From Bdellovibrionota bacterium (GTDB lineage: Bacteria > Bdellovibrionota_C > UBA2361 > JBIKWN01), in NCBI GenBank assembly GCA_044356295.1, contig JBIKWN010000009.1:912-64911 (forward strand): DNA of 64,000 nt, written 5' to 3'. The translations under genes were made by a program, and so were the position numbers. Below the pieces are notes generated by a model. It saw only the letters and a program-made list of their open reading frames with translations, searched no databases and had not been told where the DNA came from. Positions 10,567 through 20,384 of this stretch are shown here, one piece after another. Every line of letters starts with the position of its first letter. Position 1 is the stretch's first letter.

Positions 10567-11588
10567 ATAAAACCTTTTTTAAAAACATGCTCTGGTAATC
10601 TCGTACAAATGGAACTGAGCTCTGGAAATTTCACAAATAACTCTCGTGCGCGAATCATCAACGCAGAAAGATTTCCTACCGCTCGTGGGATTGAGTTCAA
10701 GAAATAAGGCTTTTTCCCCTCTAATCCTTGTACCCCATAGGTTCCTAGAACTTGTAATATTCGAAGCAGCACAAAACCATGCAGCTCCTCAAAAAACCTA
10801 TCTATATCAATCGTTGTAAATCGTTTTGCTTCAGCTATGTAGTGCTTAATTAGTTTTTGGCGGGTTACTTCTGGTATTTCAGCACTCGCTTGGTACAGCA
10901 GTGAAACCAAGTCATATTGTAAGGGTCCCTTTCTACCACTTTGAAAATCAATAAAGTATGGTTCATTATTTAGAAACATAATGTTTCGTGATTGAAAATC
11001 TCTGTACATAAAAAACCCAGAGTCTGTACGACTAAGAATAACAGAGAGCTCATTAAATTCAGATTGAAGCTTTGTAACGTTATAAGAGATTTCAATTTTA
11101 TCGAGAAACTTTTCTTTACAATAATTCATATCCCAAAGCATTGCCTTGGGATCAAAAATTGATGTTGGATAACAATTTGTAAAATCAAGACCAGGTAAAC
11201 TCTCTATCTGAAATTTAGGAAGAATGGACAGGATCTGCTCATATCGCTTTTCTATAACTTCGGGAAATGGATCTACTGAAGTACGAACAGAACCAAGTTC
11301 ATTAAAAAGAGTTACGTCCCCAAGATCTTCTTGAAGATAACTAAGTTCATCTTGGCTCACTTGAAAAATTTCAGGGACAGGAAGGTTCTTTGAACGAAAA
11401 TGTCGGGCAAAATAAATAAACGCTCTATTCTCTTTAATATTTGGGTTTTCTATACCACAGGCAGTTTGTCCTTCGGGTCCAAGTAATCGATAAATTTTTC
11501 TGTCAGAAGCATGAGCTTGTAGAGTCCGAATATCGGTCGGTTCGCATCTAAAATGCTGTCGGAAAAGTAGTTTGAGAGAATCTGACAT
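10563..11588 (-). CDS. amgK: Aminoglycoside-phosphotransferase-fold kinase, AmgK-like
   Basis: ASDRKIYRL, YLQEDLGD, MYRDFQSRNIM, FIDFQ.GR.GPLQYDLVSLL. Confidence 0.75.
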   Translation of the reverse strand: MSDSLKLLFRQHFRCEPTDIRTLQAHASDRKIYRLLGPEGQTACGIENPNIKENRAFIYFARHFRSKNLPVPEIFQVSQDELSYLQEDLGDVTLFNELGSVRTSVDPFPEVIEKRYEQILSILPKFQIESLPGLDFTNCYPTSIFDPKAMLWDMNYCKEKFLDKIEISYNVTKLQSEFNELSVILSRTDSGFFMYRDFQSRNIMFLNNEPYFIDFQSGRKGPLQYDLVSLLYQASAEIPEVTRQKLIKHYIAEAKRFTTIDIDRFFEELHGFVLLRILQVLGTYGVQGLEGKKPYFLNSIPRAVGNLSALMIRARELFVKFPELSSICTRLPEHVFKKGFI

Positions 11589-11673
11589 AAAAAGTTAGTG
11601 ATTACGATAGGTTAGGTATTCCTGCCCATCCTCTGATCCATTTTTGGACTCTTTTGCATCTAAAGTAGCATAA

Positions 11674-12675
11674 ATGGGACGTGAACTCACCGCCACTGAA
11701 AAAGCCGCCCTCACCCTATTGAGTTTAGGAAAGGACTTGGCTGCGCAAGTACTGCAGCACCTCAATGAACAAGAGGTGAAACGTATTAGCCGTGCCTTTA
11801 TGTCGGTTTCAGAAGTTGACCGAGAAACTCAACTTGCCATCACACGCGAATTTAGAAATTTAATGAAAGCCAGTGAGACTCTTCTGGTTGATGGTCGCGA
11901 ATTTGCAAAAGATGTTATCGGAACCGCATTTGGTGATACTGCCGGTGAAGGCCTTCTAGAATATATTACTGGTGCACGAAAGGAACCAATAAGCCAGATC
12001 ATTCAAGACGTTCCAGATAAAATTTTAAATTCATTTATTTCTGCAGAGCACCCACAAACAGTTTCATTCTTAATGACAAAGATGAATCCTGATCAAGCTG
12101 CACATACGTTGCAAGCAATGAACGAAGAAGCACAAACAGATATTCTTATTCGAATTGCAAATCTTAATAACGTCAAAGCAGATGTTATTGATGAAGTACG
12201 TGAAGTACTCCGTTCACAATTAAAAGGAAGTGGTCTGAACGAAGAAGAAGAAATTGGTGGTCCTAAAGCTGCTGCAGACATTCTTAACTTTGTTGATAGA
12301 AATAACGAAGAGAGAATTATTACAGAGATTGAAGAGATGTACCCTGAACTCGCCGAGCAAATCCGAAATCTTATGTTTACGTTTGAAGATGTTAAGAAAA
12401 TTGATGACAAAGGCATACAAACTGTTCTCAAAGAAGTTCCAAGAGATCAACTTGTTCTTGCCCTCAAAACTGCAAGTCAGGATTTACGTGATCTGTTATT
12501 CAAAAACATGTCGCAACGTGCTGCCGCAATGATTCAAGAAGACTTGCAAAATATGGGTCCTGTTAAACTCAAAGACGTCGAGAAAGTCCAACAGGGTATC
12601 GTCGATATCGTCCGAAGACTCGAAGCAGAGGGCAAGATTGCAGTTGGTGGTGGCGCAGAAGACGCCTTCGTGTGA
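11674..12675 (+). CDS. fliG: Flagellar motor switch protein FliG
   Basis: EHPQTV, GGPKAAADILN, MFTFED, NMSQRAA, GPVKLKDVE. Confidence 0.97.
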   Translation: MGRELTATEKAALTLLSLGKDLAAQVLQHLNEQEVKRISRAFMSVSEVDRETQLAITREFRNLMKASETLLVDGREFAKDVIGTAFGDTAGEGLLEYITGARKEPISQIIQDVPDKILNSFISAEHPQTVSFLMTKMNPDQAAHTLQAMNEEAQTDILIRIANLNNVKADVIDEVREVLRSQLKGSGLNEEEEIGGPKAAADILNFVDRNNEERIITEIEEMYPELAEQIRNLMFTFEDVKKIDDKGIQTVLKEVPRDQLVLALKTASQDLRDLLFKNMSQRAAAMIQEDLQNMGPVKLKDVEKVQQGIVDIVRRLEAEGKIAVGGGAEDAFV

Positions 12676-13265
12676 TCCTCTCCTGGTATATGAACCAGGA
12701 ACAATCATTTCCCTCTTTTTCTTTTGCTTGCTCTACAATTCTCAACAGAAATCGTGCTTGCAACTTACTAGACAGTTATCAAGGTCCTGTTGGAAAACTC
12801 TATCTACAGTATATCCTCCCCCTTTCACTATTTCCCTCGCTCTTATTTTTATTAGCAGTCATTCTGCAACAAGCAAATCCTTCTGCACTACCAATTGTTG
12901 TTGTAAGCCTTGCACTTACATTTGCAATATCTTTTGCACTCCTTCACTTTTGGTCCCTTATCATTGAAGGATTATTAGTGGCACAAGGGATTGAAATCTC
13001 ACGACTCACTGCAGTAAAAATTACCATGCTTGCCGGATCGCCTTGGTTTATAATTTTCGCTCTTTTTCCTGCCATACAAGGCGGGGTAATTCTTGGATTA
13101 GTCTGGGTTGTTTCTCTCTTACCATTAGCACTAACCCGCATAGGTCTTGTTCCAAAAGAGAAGCTCAATAGAATTTTTATTTCTTCTAGCCTTCTATGGA
13201 TAGCAAGTTACCTTTTTTCGAATCTATTCTTTATTGGTGTGCTTTCGATTGCAGGGATGATGTAA
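12672..13265 (+). CDS. Hypothetical multi-pass membrane protein (Yip1-like)
   Basis: About 5 hydrophobic helices; GTGA overlap with the fliG stop. Confidence 0.6.
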   Translation: MILSWYMNQEQSFPSFSFACSTILNRNRACNLLDSYQGPVGKLYLQYILPLSLFPSLLFLLAVILQQANPSALPIVVVSLALTFAISFALLHFWSLIIEGLLVAQGIEISRLTAVKITMLAGSPWFIIFALFPAIQGGVILGLVWVVSLLPLALTRIGLVPKEKLNRIFISSSLLWIASYLFSNLFFIGVLSIAGMM

Positions 13266-13268
13266 AAA

Positions 13269-13622
13269 TTAATGAATTACTTCTTTCTTAGTATCTTCGC
13301 TAGGTTCTTCTAGTTCATCAGATAAAATTCTTTCAAGCTCTTCTTGAGCTGCACTCTCAAATTCTTCGGCAAGTTTAGGGGTAATTAAAACCTGAGCCTC
13401 TACTTTCTTAAGAACACCTTTTATTGTTTGAATGAATAAAAGAGATCGATACGTAAGGAGCATAAGAGCTCCCCCAAGGACAATCAGAGAAAGACTTAAA
13501 ACTTCCGGTAAAAGATTTCTTGATATGAAAGCAACTGAACCCGCAATCAAAAGATACAAGGCAGGAATAAAGTACATCCCATAATTTTGGACGAATTTGA
13601 AATATTCTCTAAAAGGTCGCAT
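13269..13622 (-). CDS. Hypothetical membrane protein (2 TM plus acidic tail)
   Basis: ORF track; likely start is the ATG at 13622, 6 nt after TACGAT. Confidence 0.65.
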   Translation of the reverse strand: MRPFREYFKFVQNYGMYFIPALYLLIAGSVAFISRNLLPEVLSLSLIVLGGALMLLTYRSLLFIQTIKGVLKKVEAQVLITPKLAEEFESAAQEELERILSDELEEPSEDTKKEVIH

Positions 13623-13684
13623 TAAGTGATCGTATCGCGCTTTCAAACCCTTCTCAACTATTAGAAATACGCTACAATCCCTCT

Positions 13685-14152
13685 ATGGAAATTATTGCTG
13701 GACTGAAAATTGATATCTGGATTACCCAATGTATTGCAATGCTTATAACTGCAATTCTTTTGCCTGGTTTTACGGTTTCAGGTCCTCTGAGTGCCCTTAT
13801 CGCTGTTGTCTCGTTAGCCTTTGTAAATACACAGCTTTGGGATGCCGCCCTTTTCTTTTCAGTACCAAATAGCCTTACAGTTCATGCACTTACACTTATC
13901 GTTGCAAATGGTGCTTTATTCTGGATTCTGGTCAAAATTCTGCCTGGAATTGATACCCGTGGTATAATTGCCCCTTTGGTTGCCCCAATTATTTTTACCG
14001 TTATTTCAATGTACCTTCACGAGAATGCAAAAGATATCGATTGGAATAAAGTCTGGCATAAGACAAAAGATGTTGTCGTAGAAGTAAAAGAAGAAATTAA
14101 AAAAACACATCCTTCTGAGAACAATAAGGACGCCATTGCAAAGCCCCGTTAA
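13685..14152 (+). CDS. 4-TM phage-holin-family (superfamily IV/YvlD-like) membrane protein
   Basis: LLPGFTVSG..SALIA, LIVANGALFW...LPGI pattern. Confidence 0.7.
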   Translation: MEIIAGLKIDIWITQCIAMLITAILLPGFTVSGPLSALIAVVSLAFVNTQLWDAALFFSVPNSLTVHALTLIVANGALFWILVKILPGIDTRGIIAPLVAPIIFTVISMYLHENAKDIDWNKVWHKTKDVVVEVKEEIKKTHPSENNKDAIAKPR

Positions 14153-15080
14153 TCTACAAACTTTAAATGAGCATTGCCTCGTCAGGTCGGTTTCCAGACG
14201 AAAGGCGACCGTTTTTGTCGATCAAACAACAGTTTTAGATGTATCTTTTCCATCAAAAATCCCATCAGTTGTTGTAGGAGACTTTGTTAGGATTGATCGA
14301 CAAACTCAAAGTATTGTTTCTGTTGAACAGAGAAAAAATATTCTTTCGCGTTCTTATTTTGGAAAAACAAAAGAGCTCGCTTCAAATCTTGATCACCTTT
14401 TTATAGTCTCCTCAGGTGGTGCTCTTTACACTGAAGACTTTATTGATCGAACGATAGCAAGCTGTTTATTTGAAGGAATTCCTTTTAGTCTGCTTATCAA
14501 TAAATCTGATATACCTTGGGAACAAAAGGAACGACTTCAGTGTTATCAAAATCTTGATATAGATATTCTGCATACCTCAACCAAAGTAGACGATGGACTT
14601 TCATCATTACATAAATTTCTTGAAGCAAGATTTTCAGATCAATCGTTATTAGAGAGTAATCATCCTCCAATAATTGCTTTTTGTGGTGTTTCTGGTGTTG
14701 GAAAAAGTTCTCTCATAAATCATTTTGTTCCTGGTGCTCGTCAAAAAACCGGTGACGTATCTCATACTGGACAAGGGCAACAAACAACTACCATGGCAAT
14801 TGCTCATCGAGCACCAATGTTTAACGGGAAAGAGGTCATTATTATTGATCTGCCTGGTCTGCAAAAATTTGGAGTTACCCATATTTCAAGCCAATCGCTT
14901 CAGAATTGCTTCCCTGAAATTCCACCAATTGCAGCTCACTGCCGTTTTATTGATTGTTCTCATACGAAAGAGCCAGAATGTGCAGTAATAAAAGCCTTTG
15001 AAGAAGGTATAATTTTTTCATCACGCTATAAATCATATCTTCGAATGAGAGATGAGGTACTCAAGTATGAACAATCTTGA
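14136..15080 (+). CDS. rsgA: Ribosome small subunit-dependent GTPase A
   Basis: VVGD, NKSD, GVSGVGKSSLIN, DLPG, CRFIDCSHTKEPECAV. Confidence 0.93.
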   Translation: MQSPVNLQTLNEHCLVRSVSRRKATVFVDQTTVLDVSFPSKIPSVVVGDFVRIDRQTQSIVSVEQRKNILSRSYFGKTKELASNLDHLFIVSSGGALYTEDFIDRTIASCLFEGIPFSLLINKSDIPWEQKERLQCYQNLDIDILHTSTKVDDGLSSLHKFLEARFSDQSLLESNHPPIIAFCGVSGVGKSSLINHFVPGARQKTGDVSHTGQGQQTTTMAIAHRAPMFNGKEVIIIDLPGLQKFGVTHISSQSLQNCFPEIPPIAAHCRFIDCSHTKEPECAVIKAFEEGIIFSSRYKSYLRMRDEVLKYEQS

Positions 15081-15750
15081 ATATAACACGAGTAACGAAG
15101 GTCTTGGATGGTCAGATCTATTAAAGCAGGAAAAAGAACAGGGATATTTTAAAGATCTTTTAAATAAAGTCGCTTTGCTTCGAACGAAAGGAGTAAAAGT
15201 TTATCCAGAGAATAAAAATGTATTTCAAGCATTTGCTGCTACACCACTTGAAAAACTTTCAGTAGTTATACTTGGACAAGATCCTTACCACGGTGCTGGA
15301 CAAGCCCATGGTCTATCTTTCTCAGTAACAGAAGGTGTCCCCCTTCCCCCATCTTTACAAAATATTTTTAAAGAAATCCAAAACGATATACATACTGAAC
15401 GACCGAAATCTGGTGATTTAACACGCTGGGCAGATCAGGGAGTTTTACTTCTCAATTCTGTTCTCACTGTCGAAGCAGATAAGGCTGGCTCTCATGCAGG
15501 ACTTGGCTGGGAGCGATTTACAGATAAAGTAATCGAATTAATAAATATACATACAAAGCACACTGTTTTCATGCTTTGGGGAGCGTATGCTCAAAAGAAA
15601 GGCACGTGCATTGATCCATTAAAACACTTAGTACTTACGGCACCGCATCCTTCCCCATTATCTGCTCATAGAGGATTTCTAGGCTGCAAACATTTTTCTC
15701 AAGCAAATGAGTATCTTATTCGTCATTCAAAAAATCCAATCCGCTGGTGA
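15067..15750 (+). CDS. ung: Uracil-DNA glycosylase
   Basis: ILGQDPYHG, PPSL, GVLLLN, HPSPLSA; GAGGT upstream of the ATG at 15067. Confidence 0.97.
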   Translation: MNNLEYNTSNEGLGWSDLLKQEKEQGYFKDLLNKVALLRTKGVKVYPENKNVFQAFAATPLEKLSVVILGQDPYHGAGQAHGLSFSVTEGVPLPPSLQNIFKEIQNDIHTERPKSGDLTRWADQGVLLLNSVLTVEADKAGSHAGLGWERFTDKVIELINIHTKHTVFMLWGAYAQKKGTCIDPLKHLVLTAPHPSPLSAHRGFLGCKHFSQANEYLIRHSKNPIRW

Positions 15751-15753
15751 CTC

Positions 15754-16038
15754 TTAATGCTTATGGCAACCGCACTTAACACCTGCGTCATCTGCTTCTT
15801 TCTTAGTGAGGCTATGCCAATCATGAGTACAGCCACATGCAGACTTATTTGAAGAATCACTAGTATTCATATCACACCCTGTCTTGCATTTATCACCCGC
15901 GCAATCTTCAGCTTGTTTTTCAGCTTTCGTTGCATCATGACCAGAATATTTTTCAGTAGGCAGTGACCCTGTCGCACTACATCCTGTAAAAAAAGTTATT
16001 AACACTGGAACAAGTATTAGCAAAATATTTTTTTTCAT
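15754..16038 (-). CDS. Small Cys/His-rich lipoprotein
   Basis: Signal peptide with lipobox FTGC; C-terminal Cys clusters. Confidence 0.7.
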   Translation of the reverse strand: MKKNILLILVPVLITFFTGCSATGSLPTEKYSGHDATKAEKQAEDCAGDKCKTGCDMNTSDSSNKSACGCTHDWHSLTKKEADDAGVKCGCHKH

Positions 16039-16049
16039 AGAATTAATTA

Positions 16050-18317
16050 TTATTTAAAATTGAACTTTAATTTCTCATCTTCAAGTACTATCGTTACTAA
16101 GCCACCCTTTTTCAACTGACCAAAAAGTATTTCATCTGAGAGAGCATCTTTTATCTCTCTTTGAATAATTCTCTTCATAGGTCGTGCTCCAAGTAATGGA
16201 TCATATCCTTTCTCAGCGAGGTACTGCTTCGCTTCATCTGTTAGATGAAAAGTTACTTTACGCTCTGAGAGCTGTTTTTCAAGCTCATGAATGAATTTTT
16301 CAACAATATCTTTTAGAAGTGGTTCCGAAAGCGCAGCAAAATATATAATTTCATCTAAACGGTTACGAAACTCTGGTTTAAACTGCTTTTTAATAGCTTC
16401 TTCACTTTTTGCACGATGTACCTGAGAACCAAATCCAACGGTTGCTGATTTTTCAGAGCCTGCATTGGTGGTCATGATTAAAATTATATTTTTAAAATCG
16501 GCAAGCTTACCTTGTGAATCTGTGAGCCTTGCATCATCCATGACTTGCAGGAGTATATTGTAGATATCCTCATGCGCTTTTTCGATCTCATCAAGAAGGA
16601 GCACTGCATAAGGCTGTTTGCGAACAAGATCCGTCAGCTGCCCCCCTTCCTCATATCCTACATAGCCAGGAGGAGCACCAACAAGACGTGCAACAGAGTG
16701 CTTTTCCATGTACTCGGACATATCAAATCTATGAAATGGTACTCCTAATTCTTGAGCTAAACACTTGGCTAGTTCAGTTTTACCTACACCAGTAGGGCCT
16801 GCAAAAAGAAAACAGCCAACCGGTTTTTGTTCGTTTCCAAGTGAAGCGCGACTTCGCTTAACAGCTTTTACTACTTGTTCAACGGCTTCTGCTTGTCCGA
16901 AAACTTTATCCTTTAAACGCTTTTCAAGCCCTTGAAGTCTTGCAGAATCATCCTTTGAAACAGATGAAACAGGCACGCGTGCAATCAGAGAAACAACTTT
17001 TTCAATTTCTTTCTCAGTAATTGTTTTCTTCCTTTGACTTTCAGGAAGGATAGCATTCGTAGCTCCTGCCTCATCAATTACATCAATTGCTTTATCAGGA
17101 AGTAATCTACCAAATATATGTTTTGCTGAAAGTTCAGCTGCAGCTTTTATTGCAGCTTTGGAATAATGTACTTTATGGAATGATTCATAATGTGACACTA
17201 AACCTTGAAGAATAAGAACGGTTTCTTCGATACTTGGTTCTATCACATCAATTGGTGAAAACCTTCTTGAAAGAGCGCGATCTTTCTCAAATGTCTTCTT
17301 ATAATCTTCATACGTTGTGCTCCCAATACATCGAAGATTACCTGATTGTAATGCAGGCTTTAAAAGGTTAGCGGCATCCATAGAACCATTTCCTGTTGCA
17401 CCGGCACCGACAAGTTGATGAATTTCATCTATAAATAAAATCGCTTTATCTTTCTTCTTTAGAGCTAGGACAATTTTTCTGAGTCGTTCTTCAAATTCAC
17501 CACGAAATTTTGTTCCAGCAACTAATGCACCAACATGTAGTGAATAAATGGTAGCACCCTTTATAACATCTGGGACTTCGTTAGAAATAATTTTTAACGC
17601 TATCGCATTTGCCAGTGATGTCTTACCAACACCAGGATCACCGAGAAAAAGTGGATTATTTTTTTGTCGACGCGCGAGTATTTTGATTGCCCGAGAAATT
17701 TCTTTCTCTCTCCCAACGATTGGATCTAATTTTCCATTTCTTGCAAGCTCTGTCAGATCTTCTGTAAATTGTTGAAGAGTTTTTTCTGGATTCTGTTGTA
17801 GTTGATCTGATTCAGAATCATCTGAAGCATGCTTTTGATTTTCAGTAACCTCTTCATCTTCTAGTTCCTCGTCTGAAACTTTGGAAATTCCATGTGAAAT
17901 ATAATTTAAAATATCCAGGTGACTCATACCCAGCTGTCGTAAAAAATATGAGGCCATGCATTCGTCTTCTTGCTCTTTACTAATAGCAGCAAGCATATCC
18001 AACGGTGTTACGAGGTCTTTTCCAGAGGAGCGCGTCTGAATAAGGGCACGCTGGATAATCCTTCGAGATTGCGGCGTTTGCAGTGGCTCGACTTCTTTTT
18101 GTTCTTTAGGGGCGTGTTCTAACTCATTAGTAAAAAAAACTGAGAGTCTAGATAGTAGTTTTGTCTTATCTGCACCCAGACTTTTAAGCGCTTTTTCAAT
18201 CTCTGGATCAAACAAAAGGGCATAGAGGATATGTTCAGCACAAAAAAAAGTATTACGTCTTGTAATTGCCTCTTTTATTGCAGCATCAAGTAAGTAAGTG
18301 AGCTCGGTATTAAACAT
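16050..18317 (-). CDS. clpA: ATP-dependent Clp protease ATP-binding subunit ClpA
   Basis: Two AAA+ modules (GDPGVGKT, GPTGVGKT), no ClpB M-domain, downstream of clpS. Confidence 0.96.
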   Translation of the reverse strand: MFNTELTYLLDAAIKEAITRRNTFFCAEHILYALLFDPEIEKALKSLGADKTKLLSRLSVFFTNELEHAPKEQKEVEPLQTPQSRRIIQRALIQTRSSGKDLVTPLDMLAAISKEQEDECMASYFLRQLGMSHLDILNYISHGISKVSDEELEDEEVTENQKHASDDSESDQLQQNPEKTLQQFTEDLTELARNGKLDPIVGREKEISRAIKILARRQKNNPLFLGDPGVGKTSLANAIALKIISNEVPDVIKGATIYSLHVGALVAGTKFRGEFEERLRKIVLALKKKDKAILFIDEIHQLVGAGATGNGSMDAANLLKPALQSGNLRCIGSTTYEDYKKTFEKDRALSRRFSPIDVIEPSIEETVLILQGLVSHYESFHKVHYSKAAIKAAAELSAKHIFGRLLPDKAIDVIDEAGATNAILPESQRKKTITEKEIEKVVSLIARVPVSSVSKDDSARLQGLEKRLKDKVFGQAEAVEQVVKAVKRSRASLGNEQKPVGCFLFAGPTGVGKTELAKCLAQELGVPFHRFDMSEYMEKHSVARLVGAPPGYVGYEEGGQLTDLVRKQPYAVLLLDEIEKAHEDIYNILLQVMDDARLTDSQGKLADFKNIILIMTTNAGSEKSATVGFGSQVHRAKSEEAIKKQFKPEFRNRLDEIIYFAALSEPLLKDIVEKFIHELEKQLSERKVTFHLTDEAKQYLAEKGYDPLLGARPMKRIIQREIKDALSDEILFGQLKKGGLVTIVLEDEKLKFNFK

Positions 18318-18326
18318 AGTATTAAC

Positions 18327-18638
18327 TTATATCTCTTCCATGATGCTTTTTAAGGGATAATTGTGACTCTCTGCTTGCAAGTGCACCAGTTCTACTTTTG
18401 CCTCAGCGATCTGTTTCGTATAAATCCCGCATAATCCTTTACCTTGGTGATGGACAGCGAGCATTATCTTTACAGCTTCAGCCGGACTTTTCTGAAAAAT
18501 TGATTCTAAGATCGACACCACAAAATCCATCGGGGTATAATCATCATTAAGTAAAAGTACCTTGTAAGTCTTTGGAGTTTTAAGGCGAGTCCTCTCAACC
18601 GTTTCAGTATCATTTTGATGTGACGATTTTGACGACAT
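18327..18638 (-). CDS. clpS: Clp protease adaptor ClpS
   Basis: YKVLLLNDDYTPMDFVV, MLAVHHQGKGLCG; likely start is the ATG at 18638. Confidence 0.96.
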   Translation of the reverse strand: MSSKSSHQNDTETVERTRLKTPKTYKVLLLNDDYTPMDFVVSILESIFQKSPAEAVKIMLAVHHQGKGLCGIYTKQIAEAKVELVHLQAESHNYPLKSIMEEI

Positions 18639-18664
18639 GCTGTTAGTGTACCGAGTGAAGTTTA

Positions 18665-19309
18665 ATGAGTCGACTAATTTTTCCACCTGTCTCTGTTGCT
18701 GATGAAAGCGGGCTTATTGGCATAGGCGGCGAGGCTACTATTGAAAATCTTCTTCAAGCTTATAGACTTGGTATCTTTCCGTGGCCATGGTCAGATGAAT
18801 ATTTGGCTTGGTTTTCTCCACCACTCAGGGGAGTTCTTTTTTTTGACGCATTTCATGTAGGAAGAAGCTTAAAAAAGTTCTTATCCCGTAATCCTTATGA
18901 GTTCGCCATTAATAAAAACTTTTCTTCTGTTATTCAGGCATGCGCAGAAGCCACAAATCGTAAGAAGCAAAAAGGCACTTGGATAACATCGGAAATGGTT
19001 AACAGCTATATTGCTTTGCATGAAGCAGGTTTTGCGACCTCATACGAATCGTATCTTGATGGAAACTTAGTTGGGGGGCTTTATGGTGTAAGAATCAATG
19101 GATATTTCAGCGGAGAATCGATGTTTTATTCTGAAGAAAATGCTTCAAAAGCAGCTCTTGTCTTCGCCGTTTCACATCTACAGTCAGAAGGTCTTACGTG
19201 GATGGATTGTCAGGTTATTACGGATACAACAAAACAATTTGGAGCATCAGAAATTAAGCGTGACCTGTTTATCAAGCTTCTTAATCACTCAATTAATTTT
19301 ACATCTTAA
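18665..19309 (+). CDS. aat: Leucyl/phenylalanyl-tRNA-protein transferase
   Basis: AYRLGIFPW, TWIT, LVGGLYG, FSGESMF, NASKAAL, DCQ. Confidence 0.96.
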   Translation: MSRLIFPPVSVADESGLIGIGGEATIENLLQAYRLGIFPWPWSDEYLAWFSPPLRGVLFFDAFHVGRSLKKFLSRNPYEFAINKNFSSVIQACAEATNRKKQKGTWITSEMVNSYIALHEAGFATSYESYLDGNLVGGLYGVRINGYFSGESMFYSEENASKAALVFAVSHLQSEGLTWMDCQVITDTTKQFGASEIKRDLFIKLLNHSINFTS

Positions 19310-19321
19310 ATTACTATTAAT

Positions 19322-19382
19322 CGGTAGAAGGTATTTGAAGATCTTTTTAGTAACGCGAAGGTCGCGAAGTACGCGAAGGATT
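19322..19382. repeat. REP-like element, half copy (ACGCGAAG family)
   Basis: TTAGTAACGCGAAGGTCGCGAAGTACGCGAAGGATT matches the arm of the palindrome at 42290-42367; both have CGGTAG 25 nt upstream. Confidence 0.8.
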
Positions 19383-19536
19383 AAATTTATTACTTCACGA
19401 CGTGCTCGTGAGCTTAAATTATTTGGGTCACGCTCAGGCACACGCTCAAGGTCACGGTACTTAAGTTATTAACTGAATGACATTGGATTCTTATCGGATA
19501 GGTATGATCTAAAATAAGAAAGTTAAAGATAGTGAA

Positions 19537-19851
19537 TCAAAAAATTGATTTTAAAAATAGCGCTATTAACGCTACGTCAGCTAAAAGAAATAAACTAATT
19601 CCTACACGAAGAAGTTTTTTCTTAAGTGTTATCAGATTCGGCATTGATGCTGCTGACATCATTATTTGTCCAGTAAATGTGCGAATTCTTTTTGATGGTT
19701 TCATGAAAAAGCCTGCTGATGCGATTCGCTTGATTGCATCATGGCTCCAGGGGTCTGAGGAAATTACTACTTCATCAGGCTGTACTGCAAAACCTTTTTC
19801 AGTCTTAATCGGTTTCCAAATACTATTTTGTCTTTTGCGGGGTAAGCCCAT
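19537..19851 (-). CDS. Hypothetical protein with C-terminal TM helix
   Basis: ATG-started ORF co-oriented with the upstream operon. Confidence 0.55.
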   Translation of the reverse strand: MGLPRKRQNSIWKPIKTEKGFAVQPDEVVISSDPWSHDAIKRIASAGFFMKPSKRIRTFTGQIMMSAASMPNLITLKKKLLRVGISLFLLADVALIALFLKSIF

Positions 19852-19923
19852 GTACGATACACCTGTAAACTACTCTACAGATATAATCGGATATAAACCT
19901 AGAATGCTTCAGGAAATCGGCTA

Positions 19924-20367
19924 CTAAAATTGCCTTTCTAAGAGCTTGAAATCATTATACTTTTCATCTCTTTGTTCCCAGTAACTGTCAGTATTTGTTT
20001 TAAATGAGAGATTAACCGTGCGTTTTCCAATAAGTTTAAATAGCAAGCCAATAGGAATAAACATGATACACCAGGCAAGAGTTATGATTACAAATGTCAT
20101 CACAGTCCCAAGTACAAGAGCGAACTTCATCCAATAATACCAAACTGGCATTAATAATTTAGGGCTATAGCCTCCACCTAAAATAAACAGAAAGCCTGCA
20201 ACTATCCAGATACTTGCTATCAGGATTTTGAATCCAAAGTAAAGCTTGGCTGCTCCTATCAAAAGGAAAATTACACCAATCAATACACCAAAATCTTTAA
20301 CATGCTTTGTAACAGGCTTTCCTAACCAATCATCTTGAATTGAAATATTAGAATCTAGAATTTCCAT
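19924..20367 (-). CDS. SxtJ-family membrane protein
   Basis: FG...YYWMKFALVLG.V....I.....FIPIGL....GK......SYW pattern; directly downstream of a carbamoyltransferase. Confidence 0.8.
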   Translation of the reverse strand: MEILDSNISIQDDWLGKPVTKHVKDFGVLIGVIFLLIGAAKLYFGFKILIASIWIVAGFLFILGGGYSPKLLMPVWYYWMKFALVLGTVMTFVIITLAWCIMFIPIGLLFKLIGKRTVNLSFKTNTDSYWEQRDEKYNDFKLLERQF

Positions 20368-20384
20368 AATTACTCTTTCACTTA

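Noticed and set aside
13685-14152. Holin as evidence of a prophage
   Set aside because: This 4-TM family is commonly chromosomal, and its neighbours are rsgA and ung with no phage genes.
19098-19472. Arg/Ser-rich 124-aa ORF
   Set aside because: It is out of frame within aat, and its RS-rich tail is just the translation of the REP-like repeat.
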